This document shows, one piece after another, positions 38,183-48,092 of a stretch of DNA of 64,000 nt (the first letter of the stretch is position 1; each line of letters begins with the position of its first letter). Both the position numbers and the translations under genes were made by a program. This stretch comes from Candidatus Aenigmatarchaeota archaeon (GTDB taxonomy: Archaea; Aenigmatarchaeota; Aenigmatarchaeia; CG10238-14; SCSR01), in contig JAWCSL010000002.1 in assembly GCA_039090665.1 (NCBI GenBank), positions 36,809 to 100,808 of the forward strand, read 5' to 3'. A model generated the notes under the pieces. It was not told the DNA's origin, ran no database searches, and was given only the letters and a program-made list of their open reading frames with translations.

Positions 38183-39982
38183 TTAAATAAGAACCTTAAT
38201 TTTTTTCTTACTTATTAGGGCTCTAAGTACTTCTTTTCCAATTTCTGATGCTTTATTGAGTTTTATGTTTGCTTTTTTGCCTATGGTAGCAGAGAATAAA
38301 AACTCATCCTCAACATAGAAATTTGCGACTTTTCCAACAAACTTTTTATTGAATTTAAACTCTATACTATTTCCAGTTTCAGTGATTTCGAATTCAACTT
38401 CTTTTCCTATTGCAGGCACTTTAGGTTCAACTTCTATTCGTAAACCAAGTTTTTTCTCTATTGCTGAGATGGTGTTACCCTCTTTTCCAATCAGCCTTGC
38501 AATCACATTATTATCAACTCTTACTACAGCTTTATTGTCAGAAACAAGCTCAACCTCTGCTCTTGGATCAAATCTTTCTATTTCTTGTTTTATTCTTTCA
38601 ACAGCCAATTTTTTAATTGGTGAAACTGTAGGTTCAGTAACAGGAACAATAATATTTTCTTCACCAAAAGTATAAATTTCATACTCAAGCTTTCCTGTCT
38701 CAAAATCTCTTACTTCGACCAGAGGTCTTGCTAAATCTGCTTCTGTCATTCCCGTAGGTACTCTTACAGTCAGATTTAACTCGTAAACCTTTTTTACTTC
38801 CCCTTCCTTTATGAAAATCACAGTATCGATGATGTGAGGAATCATACCAAGTTCTGTCCTCATTATAAATCTTTGAATTGCATCTATTGCATCACTTGCA
38901 TGAACTACACCTATCATTCCAACTCCAGCCAAACGCATATCAGAAAAGATCTCAAAATCTTTTGTCTTTCTAACTTCATCATAAATTGAATAATCTGGTC
39001 TAACCAAAAGCAATATATCAGCAGTCTTTTCAAAATCTCCTTCCAAGGGTCCATATTGAGTGATTTCAGGACCAACCTGTAAGTCTTTTGGACTTTCTAA
39101 AGTCTTAACAATTTTGCCTTGTTCTTTGTAAAATTCTGCAATCGAAGAAGCAAAAGTTGTTTTTCCACTTCCTGGAGGCCCAGCAATTAAAATTCCTTCT
39201 GCTTTTTCTTTCAACCTTTTCATAAGTTTTTCAGAAAGCTTATAATCTTCAAGCTTAAGCTTTACAATAGGCCTAACAATTGTTAGTTCAATACCATCAG
39301 AAAAAGGAGGCCTTGCTATTGCTATTCTATAATCACCGAGCTGTAAAACCATTGCTCCAGCTCTAGCTATTTCCACATTTGCTTCTTCACTCACTCTAGC
39401 AGCTTCCAAAATCTCTTTTATCATTTCTTCAATTTCATTGGCTTCCAACTTTTCTTCTCCAATTTTCACAAGCTCAAACTTTCCAGGCTTCCCTCTCTTA
39501 GCCAAAGGTGGAACACCTTCTTTCAAGTGTACACTAAGAGTGTCAGGAGTAAAATATTTTTCAAATTTTAACCCAGTTGTTTTTATTTCTTGTGCTATGT
39601 ATTCAACAGGAATTCCTTCAGCTTCTGCAACCAAAGCCTGAACATAATCAGCGGTAATTAGCTTTCCATTTTCAGCTTTTGCTACATCTCTAATCAAAGC
39701 ATCAATTCTCCCTGATTTAGCGAGTTTTATTTCCTCCAGGCTTGGTCTTTCTCCAGTAAACCTTATTTTTATTCCCTTCTCTTCGCAAATTTTCCTTATT
39801 TTTTTCAATTCATCAAGACCAATGAAACCCACATCTCTACCTTTTGATGCTTGTGCTTGTAGTTCATCTAAAACAGCTAGAGGTATGACTATTTCACAGT
39901 CTTTCAGCTCACCTTTCTCCAGCATTTGGAACAAATTTCCATGAATTATAACTGAAGTGTCTGGAATAATTTTGTTTGTCAT
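38183..39982 (-). CDS. PIN-domain P-loop ATPase with KH domain (PINA family)
   Basis: PIN domain (PDTSVII...IDALI...TAD), Walker A GPPGSGKT, RPDYSIYDEVR and KH motif LIGKEG. Confidence 0.92.
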   Translation of the reverse strand: MTNKIIPDTSVIIHGNLFQMLEKGELKDCEIVIPLAVLDELQAQASKGRDVGFIGLDELKKIRKICEEKGIKIRFTGERPSLEEIKLAKSGRIDALIRDVAKAENGKLITADYVQALVAEAEGIPVEYIAQEIKTTGLKFEKYFTPDTLSVHLKEGVPPLAKRGKPGKFELVKIGEEKLEANEIEEMIKEILEAARVSEEANVEIARAGAMVLQLGDYRIAIARPPFSDGIELTIVRPIVKLKLEDYKLSEKLMKRLKEKAEGILIAGPPGSGKTTFASSIAEFYKEQGKIVKTLESPKDLQVGPEITQYGPLEGDFEKTADILLLVRPDYSIYDEVRKTKDFEIFSDMRLAGVGMIGVVHASDAIDAIQRFIMRTELGMIPHIIDTVIFIKEGEVKKVYELNLTVRVPTGMTEADLARPLVEVRDFETGKLEYEIYTFGEENIIVPVTEPTVSPIKKLAVERIKQEIERFDPRAEVELVSDNKAVVRVDNNVIARLIGKEGNTISAIEKKLGLRIEVEPKVPAIGKEVEFEITETGNSIEFKFNKKFVGKVANFYVEDEFLFSATIGKKANIKLNKASEIGKEVLRALISKKKIKVLI

Positions 39983-40122
39983 ATTTTAACCTTGTTTTTC
40001 CTTTGTTTTAAACCTTATCTTTATTCACTTTTAACTCATAACAAATTTATTCATTCCAAAACAATGTTTTCAGAAGAGTAAATGATATAAAAGTAAAGGG
40101 ATTCTCTTTAATCAAGGTAAAT

Positions 40123-40242
40123 ATGAAAGCATGTCCAGAGTGTGGAAGTGATAATCTGAAACATGATTTTGAAGGCTTGGTATGTGAAAAATGCGGGATA
40201 GTTATAGAAGAAAGTATAATCTCGGGGAAAAGAATAATTTAA
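40123..40242 (+). CDS. Stand-alone TFIIB/TFB-type zinc-ribbon protein (39 aa, absent from ORF track)
   Basis: MKACPECGSDNLKHDFEGLVCEKCGIVIEESIISGKRII*; AAGGT SD-like element and upstream TATA-like gatataaaag. Confidence 0.8.
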   Translation: MKACPECGSDNLKHDFEGLVCEKCGIVIEESIISGKRII

Positions 40243-40253
40243 AAATCTTTCAA

Positions 40254-41573
40254 CTATTTTTCCTCTTTCAACAATTCTATGATTTCTTCAACTCCAAGTT
40301 CTTTCTCAATTTTTTTCTCCATATCTTTAACTTTGAACTTCTTTTTCTCCACTTCTTTTTTTCCTACTATCACAACAAAAGGTATTCCTAAAGCATCAGC
40401 ATATTCAAGCTGTTTGGTCAAATTTCTTTTCATTAGATCTACTTGAGTTGGAATTCCTTCTTTTCTCAATTTATTTGCAATTTCAATGGCTTCTTTTTTC
40501 ACACTTTCTTCAACATTGGCAACAAACACTTTAACTCTTGTTTTCTGAAGTTTAATCTTTTTTTCTTTTTTTAATATTTCCATTATTCTTTCTATTCCAA
40601 GCGAAATTCCTGTAGCTGGTGTCGGTTTTCCACCATAAAGCTCTATAAGCTTATCATATCTTCCGCCTCCGGCCAAAGAACCAATCTTTTCTTTTTTAAC
40701 TTCAATTTCGAATATAGGTCCTGTGTAATAGTCTAAGCCTCTTGCCAAACTGAAATCTAAAACAAGTAGTTCAGCTATTCCATAGATTTTTGAAAATTCA
40801 TAAATTTGTTTCAGCTCCTCAATACCTTCTTTTCCTTTTGAGTTATTTTTTAACAATTTTTCTCCTTCTTTCAAAACTTCTTCATATTTTCCTTCAATTG
40901 ATATGATCTTGAGAAGTTCTTCAATTTGTTTTTCTGGCATTCCAATTTTTTTCAATTCTTCTTTCACTCCATCTTTTCCAATTTTCCCCAATTTGTCTAT
41001 AGCTCTGAAAATCTCTAAGCTTCCAAACTCAATCTTAACTTCTTCAGGGATTTTTTCTTTCAAGATTTCAACAAAAGCTTCCAAAAGTTTCCTGTTGTTT
41101 ACTCTAACTTTCAAATCTTTGAAGCCTAAGGCTTTCAAACAATCTACCGCACATGCTATACATTCGACATCGGCTTCCATGCTGCTTGATCCACAGATAT
41201 CAACATCAGCTTGATAAAATTGTCTTAACCTTCCGGCTTGCGGCTCTTCATATCTCCAAACCGGTGCAATAGCATATCTCTTGAAAGGTTTTGGAAGTTG
41301 AGGGTTGTTTGCAAGAAATCTTGCCAAAGGTACAGTTAAATCAAATCTTAAGCCTAGCTTTTTTTCTTTTTCACTCTCAATTCTGAAAATTTGTTTGGCA
41401 ACATCTTCCCCACTTTTTGCCGTCAAAAGTTCCAACTCTTCAAGGGCAGGGGTTTCTATGGTTTCGAAACCATAGGCTTCAAAAATTTTCTTGATGGTTT
41501 GGATCACATATTCACGAATAATCATTTCTTCTGTTCCAAAATCTCTCATACCTTTTGGTGGTTGAAACTTCAC
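40254..41573 (-). CDS. hisS: Histidyl-tRNA synthetase
   Basis: PPKGMRD, LRFDLTVP, WRYEEPQAGRLRQFYQ, LARGLDYYTG and GGGRYD motifs. Confidence 0.97.
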   Translation of the reverse strand: MKFQPPKGMRDFGTEEMIIREYVIQTIKKIFEAYGFETIETPALEELELLTAKSGEDVAKQIFRIESEKEKKLGLRFDLTVPLARFLANNPQLPKPFKRYAIAPVWRYEEPQAGRLRQFYQADVDICGSSSMEADVECIACAVDCLKALGFKDLKVRVNNRKLLEAFVEILKEKIPEEVKIEFGSLEIFRAIDKLGKIGKDGVKEELKKIGMPEKQIEELLKIISIEGKYEEVLKEGEKLLKNNSKGKEGIEELKQIYEFSKIYGIAELLVLDFSLARGLDYYTGPIFEIEVKKEKIGSLAGGGRYDKLIELYGGKPTPATGISLGIERIMEILKKEKKIKLQKTRVKVFVANVEESVKKEAIEIANKLRKEGIPTQVDLMKRNLTKQLEYADALGIPFVVIVGKKEVEKKKFKVKDMEKKIEKELGVEEIIELLKEEK

Positions 41574-41695
41574 TATTTCGCCTCTAATAAATTAATTCTT
41601 GAGAAAAGATATAAAATACCAACTCTCATTTTTTGTATTCCTTGTTGAGCAAATTATCCACACAAAACAATAAAAATTTCTTTTGAAAGGGTTAT

Positions 41696-43135
41696 ATGTT
41701 TTTTATGCCAACTGTCTTGGTTGTCGATAGAGGTGGAAGGGGAAATGCAATTGCTTACTCTTTTGCCAAAAGCCCGAAAGTCTCGAAAGTTTTCGTGGCT
41801 CCTGGAAATGCCGGCAGCAACTTGCTTGAAAAATGTCAGCAAGTTCCAATCGAATCAATAGAAGAGATGATAGATTTTGCAGAAAAAAATAAAATCGATT
41901 TGACTTTTGTTGGACCAGAAGGTTATTTATCAAAGGGGATAGTCAACAAGTTCTTGGAAAGAGGTTTAAAAATAGTTGGGCCTACAAAAGAAGCAACAAT
42001 TTTGGAATCAAGCAAATGCGACACGAAAATTTTTCTAAGTCAGATAGGAGTTCCGGTCCCAGAGTTCAAAGTTTTCGAAGATCCAGAAGAAGCTAAAGCT
42101 TACGTGAGAGATTTTTACAAAAATAGACCAGGAGAGAATGTTGTGGTTAAAGTAGATGGCCTTGCTGAAGGTAAAGGTTCTTTTGTTTGCAATTCTCTTG
42201 AGAATGCAGAATATGCAATAGACTACATAATGATTCAAAAAGCTTTTGGAGATTCTGGAAAAAGGGTTGTTATAGAAAAAAGGCTTTATGGCCAAGAGCT
42301 TATGTTTTTTGTTCTCACTGATGGCAAAACCGTTTTACCGATGGAATCTGCTATGGACTACAAGGCAGCTTTTGATGATGATAACGATGCTAGAACAAAA
42401 TATTTCGGTGGTTTGAATCCAAGAACAGGGGGGATGGGTGGCTACTCACCACACCCTTGGCTTGATGAAGAACTAAAACAGAAGATCATGGAAAGAATAG
42501 CAATTCCCACAATAAGAAAATTCAAAGAATTGAAGGGAATAGAGTACAAGGGGATAATGTATTTTGGTCTGATGATATGTGAAGAAAATGGGAAGAAAAA
42601 CCCTTATGTTCTAGAAATCAATGTTAGGATGGGGGATCCAGAAGCTCAAGTAATTTTGCCAAGATTGAAAACAGATTTCTATGACTTATCAGAAGCTATA
42701 GTAGAAGGTAGGCTTAATGAAATCACTTTAGAGTGGGAGCCAGATTATTATTTGGGAATCTGTGCAGTTAGCGGAAAAATAATCAGGCCACTTTTTGAAT
42801 ATGGTAGGGGAGAAGAATATGATGAAAGAAAGAACATAGGTTATCCTGGTCCTCATATAACAAACCAACCAATTTTTGGTCTGAGAAAAGTAGACCCAAG
42901 CTGCTTAATTTTTCACAACGGAACAGCTTTCAAACCAAAAGATCCCAAAGACCCAAGCAGCATAGACCCAAGCAAAAGAGATGAAGATGGCAACCTAGTA
43001 ACAACAGGGGGAAGAGTGTTGACATTAGTTGCTAAAGGAAAAACTTTAGAAGAAGCTAGACAAAAAGCCTATTCTGAAATCGAGAAAATATTTTTCCCAG
43101 GAATGAGGTATAGGAAAAATATAGGTAAAATTTAA
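41696..43135 (+). CDS. purD: Phosphoribosylamine-glycine ligase
   Basis: GGRGNAI, APGNAG, VGPE, KVDGLAEGKG, TGGMG, EINVRMGDPE and TGGRVL motifs. Confidence 0.93.
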   Translation: MFFMPTVLVVDRGGRGNAIAYSFAKSPKVSKVFVAPGNAGSNLLEKCQQVPIESIEEMIDFAEKNKIDLTFVGPEGYLSKGIVNKFLERGLKIVGPTKEATILESSKCDTKIFLSQIGVPVPEFKVFEDPEEAKAYVRDFYKNRPGENVVVKVDGLAEGKGSFVCNSLENAEYAIDYIMIQKAFGDSGKRVVIEKRLYGQELMFFVLTDGKTVLPMESAMDYKAAFDDDNDARTKYFGGLNPRTGGMGGYSPHPWLDEELKQKIMERIAIPTIRKFKELKGIEYKGIMYFGLMICEENGKKNPYVLEINVRMGDPEAQVILPRLKTDFYDLSEAIVEGRLNEITLEWEPDYYLGICAVSGKIIRPLFEYGRGEEYDERKNIGYPGPHITNQPIFGLRKVDPSCLIFHNGTAFKPKDPKDPSSIDPSKRDEDGNLVTTGGRVLTLVAKGKTLEEARQKAYSEIEKIFFPGMRYRKNIGKI

Positions 43136-44566
43136 AGTTCAACTTCATAATACCTTTTTACAGTAGATTGAGTTCTCATTTTGTCTGCCAAAGATTGTGC
43201 AAGTGGTGTAGGATATCTTCTTGTTAAACAAGCTGTACAAAGTTCTTCTTCTTTGAAGCCAATAGCATCTACAAGACCTTCAATTGTTTGATAGCAAAGC
43301 CTATCAACATTTATTTTCTTTACAATTTCTTCTACACTGTGGTTTGCCGCAATTAGTTCAGTGTGAGTTGCCATGTCAATTCCATAGAAACATGGAGAAA
43401 TGATGGGAGGGCAAGTTATCCATAGCTCAACTTTTTTAGCTCCAGCCTTTCTCACTATCTCCACAATTTTTCTGGAAGTAGTTCCCCTAACAATACTGTC
43501 ATCCACCAAAAGTACTTTTTTATCTTTTATCACAGATTTTATTGGATTAAGCTTGAATTTTACAGCACCGTCTCTTGCTTTTTGTACGGGCATGATGAAA
43601 GTTCTCCAAATATATCTATTCTTGATTAAACCTTCTGCAACAGGCAATCCGGTCTGTTTGCTAATACCTTCTGCTGCCGGTCTTGAAGTATCCGGCACCG
43701 GTATGACAACATCAGCATCTGCTTTATAAGTTTTTGCTAAATTTTCCCCCAACTTTATTCTCACATCATAAACACATTTTCCTTCAATTACACTATCAGG
43801 ACGAGAAAAATAAACATATTCAAACATGCAATGAGCTTTTTGTTTACATGGAAAAACTTGTTTTCTTTCAAAATTATCTTTCCTCACAATTACCATTTCA
43901 CCAGGCTTCACATCTGAAAAATTTTCTATATCATTTATATCAAAAGCAACACTTTCGGAAGCAAATGCTTTTAAATTTTCATCTTCACCAAAAACAAGAG
44001 GTTTAAAGCCGTGTGGATCCCTGAAAGCAACGAGCTCATAATCTCCTGTTAAAAATACAGCAGAATAAGAACCTTCTATTTTGTTCATACAATTCAGAAT
44101 TGCATTTTCCAAATCGTTTTTCCTTATTAGCTCTTCTGCCAATAGATGGGTTAAAACTTCAGCATCGCTTCCGGATTGAATTAATCTCCCACTTTGCACA
44201 AGCTCTTTCCTCAAATTAATTATGTTTACGATGTTCCCATTGAAGCAAAAAGAAATTCCACGCTTAGGGTAATTTATCACAAAAGGTTGGGCATTTTCTA
44301 GTGTTGAAGTTGCCATAGTTGAATATCTAACATGTCCTATTCCAACTTTTCCTTTCAACTCAGCGATTGTCCTTTCCTTGAAGCAATCAGTCACAAGCCC
44401 CATCGCTTTTTTCACATGAATTTTTGAATCTTCCAATGTTTGATATTCCTACAGATTCTTGGCCTCTATGTTGTAGAGTTACAAGACCATAATAAATTTT
44501 CCTTGCCACATCTTCTGAAGAACTACAACCAAACACACCACAAGCTTCTTTCAAAGGACAAAACAT
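43132..44566 (-). pseudogene. purF: Amidophosphoribosyltransferase with one frameshift near 44440
   Basis: The N-terminal [13 protein letters not shown]...LQHRGQES is in a different frame from the rest (GHVRYST, CMFEYVYFSRPDS, VDDSIVRGTT, CFYGID). Confidence 0.88.
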
Positions 44567-44626
44567 ATTTCAAAATTGGTTTTGTTATTTAAAACCATTT
44601 AATTCCCCAAACACTAATTTTATTAA

Positions 44627-45014
44627 ATGGGAGGGCTACTACATCATCTTGTTTTTGGCTCAATCTCAGCTTTAATAGTTTATCGCAATTTCAAGAAGTG
44701 GCAATATTCTGTCGCAATTTTCATAGGAAATTTCCTTCACAATATTTTTATCCTACCTTTTATTTTAGTTATTCTAAAAACACTTGATTTGACGAAAATA
44801 ATCTCATCTTCTTACTGGCTTCACAGAGACACTTCTTTTCTCATCTTGTGGATGTTTTTTCAAACAATTTTTGTAGCTTCCTTCCTTTTCTTTCAAAATA
44901 CTTTAAAAGAAAAGAGTTCAAGGATTTGGAATATAATGTTGGCTTCCTTCTTTAGGGATTTTGATTCACGCTTTCATAGATATTATAGTTGAAGAACAGG
45001 GAATTTTGTATTAA
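44627..45014 (+). pseudogene. Membrane protein resembling metal-dependent hydrolases (YdjM-like), apparently with two frameshifts
   Basis: LLHHLVFG, GNFLH and HRD in frame; the tail reads KYFKRKEFKDLEYNVGFL and then LGILIHAFIDIIVEEQGILY* in two successive other frames. Confidence 0.5.
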
Positions 45015-45099
45015 TAATTTTTTGCAGTTCTAAGATATTAATTTCAAATCTTAAGAAAACTTTAAGTGTATTGCTATTTATAATAAATTGAGGATTGAA

Positions 45100-45123
45100 A
45101 TGAAGGGTGATACTCGGATCTAA
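45100..45123 (+). promoter_or_regulatory. Possible ileS leader uORF MKGDTRI*
   Basis: ATG AAG GGT GAT ACT CGG ATC TAA preceded by TGAGGA, 40 nt upstream of the ileS ATG. Confidence 0.3.
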
Positions 45124-45163
45124 TTCTAAATTTTTATTTAATCAAAATTCTAAAAAAGAAATT

Positions 45164-48043
45164 ATGACTAGACAAGCTACGCCAAAAGAGCAGGAAGAAA
45201 AGATAATACAATTCTGGAAGAAAAATAAAGTTTACGAAAAAGTTAAAGCCCAAAGGAAAAATGCAAGGAAGTTTTATTTCTTAGATGGTCCACCTTATGC
45301 TACTGGAAGCATTCATGTTGGTACTGCAATGAACAAAGTGATAAAAGATTGCTACTTGAGATTTTTCAGAATGTTTGGTTTTAATGTTTGGGATCAGCCA
45401 GGATATGACACTCATGGTGTGCCGATAGAAAATAAAGTGGAAAAGGAGTTAGGCTTCAAGAGCAAGAAAGATATAGAGAAGTTCGGTGTTGCTAATTTTA
45501 TTCAAAAATGTAGGGAATTTGCCACAAAGTACATAGCAATTATGGGGAGACAGTTTGAAAATCTTGGAGTTTGGATGGATTGGAAAAATCCTTACTTGAC
45601 TCTAACAAACGACTACATAGAAGGAGCTTGGTTTACCTTCAAGAAAGCTTTTGAAAAAGGCTTCTTGTACAAGGGAAATTATCCTGTTCATGTTTGTCCA
45701 AGATGTGAAACTGTTGTAGCTTACAATGAAATAGAATATACAAAACTAAAAGACCCTTCTATCTATGTTAAATTCAAGCTGAAAAACAAGCCAAATGAAT
45801 ATCTTGTTATCTGGACAACCACACCATGGACTTTACCTGCTAACACAGGTGTAATGGCAAATCCAAATGCAGAATATGTTAGAGTTCAAACCAATGGAGA
45901 AATTCTGATTTTGGCTAAACCATTGTTAGAAGAAGTGATGAAAAAAGTTGGGATAAAAGATTACAAAATTTTGGAAACAAAGGTAGGCAAAGACTTGGAG
46001 AATTTGAAGTACGAGCATCCTTTTGCTGATGAGTTTAAATTCCAACAAGTTTTAACAAATGCTCATCGTGTAGTCCTTTCAGACCAATTTGTAAGCTTGG
46101 AAGAAGGTACAGGCTTAGTTCACACGGCTCCAGGCCATGGAGAAGAAGACTATAAAGTTGGTTTGGAAACAGGATTACCACTAGTTTCTCCTGTTAAAAT
46201 TGATGGTACTTTTGATGAAACTTGTGGAAAATATGCCGGCATGTTTGTTAAAGATGCTGATAAGTTGATATTGCAAGAGCTAAGAAAGAAAGGTTTGTTG
46301 CTTCATGAAGAAACTATTGAACACGATTATCCCATTTGCTGGCGCTGTAATACTCCTTTGCTTCAAATTTCAATTCCTCAATGGTTTTTCAGAGTTACTG
46401 CGATCAGAGACAAGTTGATAGAGGAAAACAAAAAAATAAAGTGGAATCCACCTTGGGCGAGTCAAAGATTTCAAAACTGGCTTGAAAACTTAGGAGACTG
46501 GCCAATTTCAAGACAAAGATATTGGGGAATTCCTTTGCCTATTTGGGTTTGTGAAAAATGTGAAAACATTAGAGTTATTGGTTGTAGGGAAGAATTGCCA
46601 AAAATACCTAAAGATTTCCACAGACCTTACATAGATGAAATAACTCTGAAATGTGAGTGTGGAGGTAATATGAAAAGAATCCCAGATGTGCTTGATGTTT
46701 GGTTTGATTCAGGAGTTGCTTCTTGGGCTTCTTTAGGTTTCCCAAGAGAGAAAAAACTTTTCAAGAAACTTTGGCCAGCAGATTTCATTTTAGAGGGTTC
46801 CGATCAGTTTCGTGGCTGGTGGAATTCTTTGATGATAACAAGTATGATGACATTTGAAAAAGCTCCTTTCAAAAGTGTTTTAATGCATGGTTTAGTTTTA
46901 GATGCTCATGGTCAAAAAATGTCAAAGAGCTTGCAAAACATTGTAACAACAGAAGAAGTAATAGAAAAATATGGAAGAGATTTATTAAGATTTTACTATC
47001 TTTCGAATGAGCCGTGGAATGATTATTATTTTAGTTGGCAAAGTATGGAAGAAATTTCTAAATCTTTTGTTGTGGTGAGAAATACTTTCAATTTTGTTAA
47101 AACTTATGTTTCTTCTCCAGGAAACCCAAAAGGCTTAAAGCAAGAAGATAAATGGATTCTTTCTAGACTGAATTCATTAATAGAAAGTTGCACGAAACAC
47201 TTCAAAGATTACAATGCTCACAAAGCTGCAAACGAAATTTTGGATTTCATCTTGAATGATTTTTCAAGATGGTACATTAAGCTTATAAGAGACAGGGTTT
47301 GGCCTTTGTATGAAGGTAAAGACAAACAAACAGCCTTCTACACTTGTATAACTGTGACAGAAACTTTAGCAAAACTTTTAGCTCCAATTTGTCCTTTCCT
47401 AGCAGAACAAGTTTATCAAGAAATTATCAAGCCTCTGAAAAAATCTAAACTTTCGGTTCATATGGAGGATTGGCCAAAAGTTGATAAGAAGATGATAAAT
47501 AAAAACTTGGAAGAAAAGATGAAAGTTGCGAAACAGATTGTGGAAGCTTGTAGTGCTGCAAGACAAAAAGCTAGCTTGAAACTAAGATGGCCAATCGGTT
47601 TTGTTATTGTGATGTCTGAAGATAAGAGAGTTGTGAGTACAGTGAAGAATTTGAAGGAAGTTTTGCTTAGAATGTGTAATAGCAAAATTATAAAGATTTC
47701 AAAAGATGAGCCAAAAGGTGAATTCTCAGTAGCAGATTTCAGTCTAGGCAAAGTTTTTATTCCACTCAAACTTGATGAAGAGCTTTTGAATGAAGCTCTA
47801 TTAAGAGAACTGATTAGAAGGATTCAAGAGATGAGGAAGAAGTTTGGTTTTGTTGTGAAGGAAATGATTGATTTGAGTTTAAGTTCCGATGAAGAGACAA
47901 ATAAGCTCTTAGAGAAAAAGAAGGATTTGATAAGTAAAGAAGTTGGAGCTAAATCTGTTGTAATAGGAACCACGAAAGGAAAATTTTCAGAAACTCTTGA
48001 ATTTGAAAACAAGAAAATAACCATAGCTTTTAGTAAAGCTTAA
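45164..48043 (+). CDS. ileS: Isoleucyl-tRNA synthetase
   Basis: DGPPYATGSIHVGT, GYDTHGVPIE, WTTTPWTLP, GTGLVHTAPGHG, DWPISRQRYWG and KMSKS motifs. Confidence 0.97.
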   Translation: MTRQATPKEQEEKIIQFWKKNKVYEKVKAQRKNARKFYFLDGPPYATGSIHVGTAMNKVIKDCYLRFFRMFGFNVWDQPGYDTHGVPIENKVEKELGFKSKKDIEKFGVANFIQKCREFATKYIAIMGRQFENLGVWMDWKNPYLTLTNDYIEGAWFTFKKAFEKGFLYKGNYPVHVCPRCETVVAYNEIEYTKLKDPSIYVKFKLKNKPNEYLVIWTTTPWTLPANTGVMANPNAEYVRVQTNGEILILAKPLLEEVMKKVGIKDYKILETKVGKDLENLKYEHPFADEFKFQQVLTNAHRVVLSDQFVSLEEGTGLVHTAPGHGEEDYKVGLETGLPLVSPVKIDGTFDETCGKYAGMFVKDADKLILQELRKKGLLLHEETIEHDYPICWRCNTPLLQISIPQWFFRVTAIRDKLIEENKKIKWNPPWASQRFQNWLENLGDWPISRQRYWGIPLPIWVCEKCENIRVIGCREELPKIPKDFHRPYIDEITLKCECGGNMKRIPDVLDVWFDSGVASWASLGFPREKKLFKKLWPADFILEGSDQFRGWWNSLMITSMMTFEKAPFKSVLMHGLVLDAHGQKMSKSLQNIVTTEEVIEKYGRDLLRFYYLSNEPWNDYYFSWQSMEEISKSFVVVRNTFNFVKTYVSSPGNPKGLKQEDKWILSRLNSLIESCTKHFKDYNAHKAANEILDFILNDFSRWYIKLIRDRVWPLYEGKDKQTAFYTCITVTETLAKLLAPICPFLAEQVYQEIIKPLKKSKLSVHMEDWPKVDKKMINKNLEEKMKVAKQIVEACSAARQKASLKLRWPIGFVIVMSEDKRVVSTVKNLKEVLLRMCNSKIIKISKDEPKGEFSVADFSLGKVFIPLKLDEELLNEALLRELIRRIQEMRKKFGFVVKEMIDLSLSSDEETNKLLEKKKDLISKEVGAKSVVIGTTKGKFSETLEFENKKITIAFSKA

Positions 48044-48092
48044 GTTTAATTATTTATATTTATCTTTCCATAAGATTTTTTGGTAATTCAAA

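Noticed and set aside
41572..41629. 18-codon uORF (MRVGILYLFSRINLLEAK*) upstream of hisS
   Set aside because: It has no His codons and spans the likely TATA box (ttttatat), so it is probably not in the transcript and not a leader peptide.
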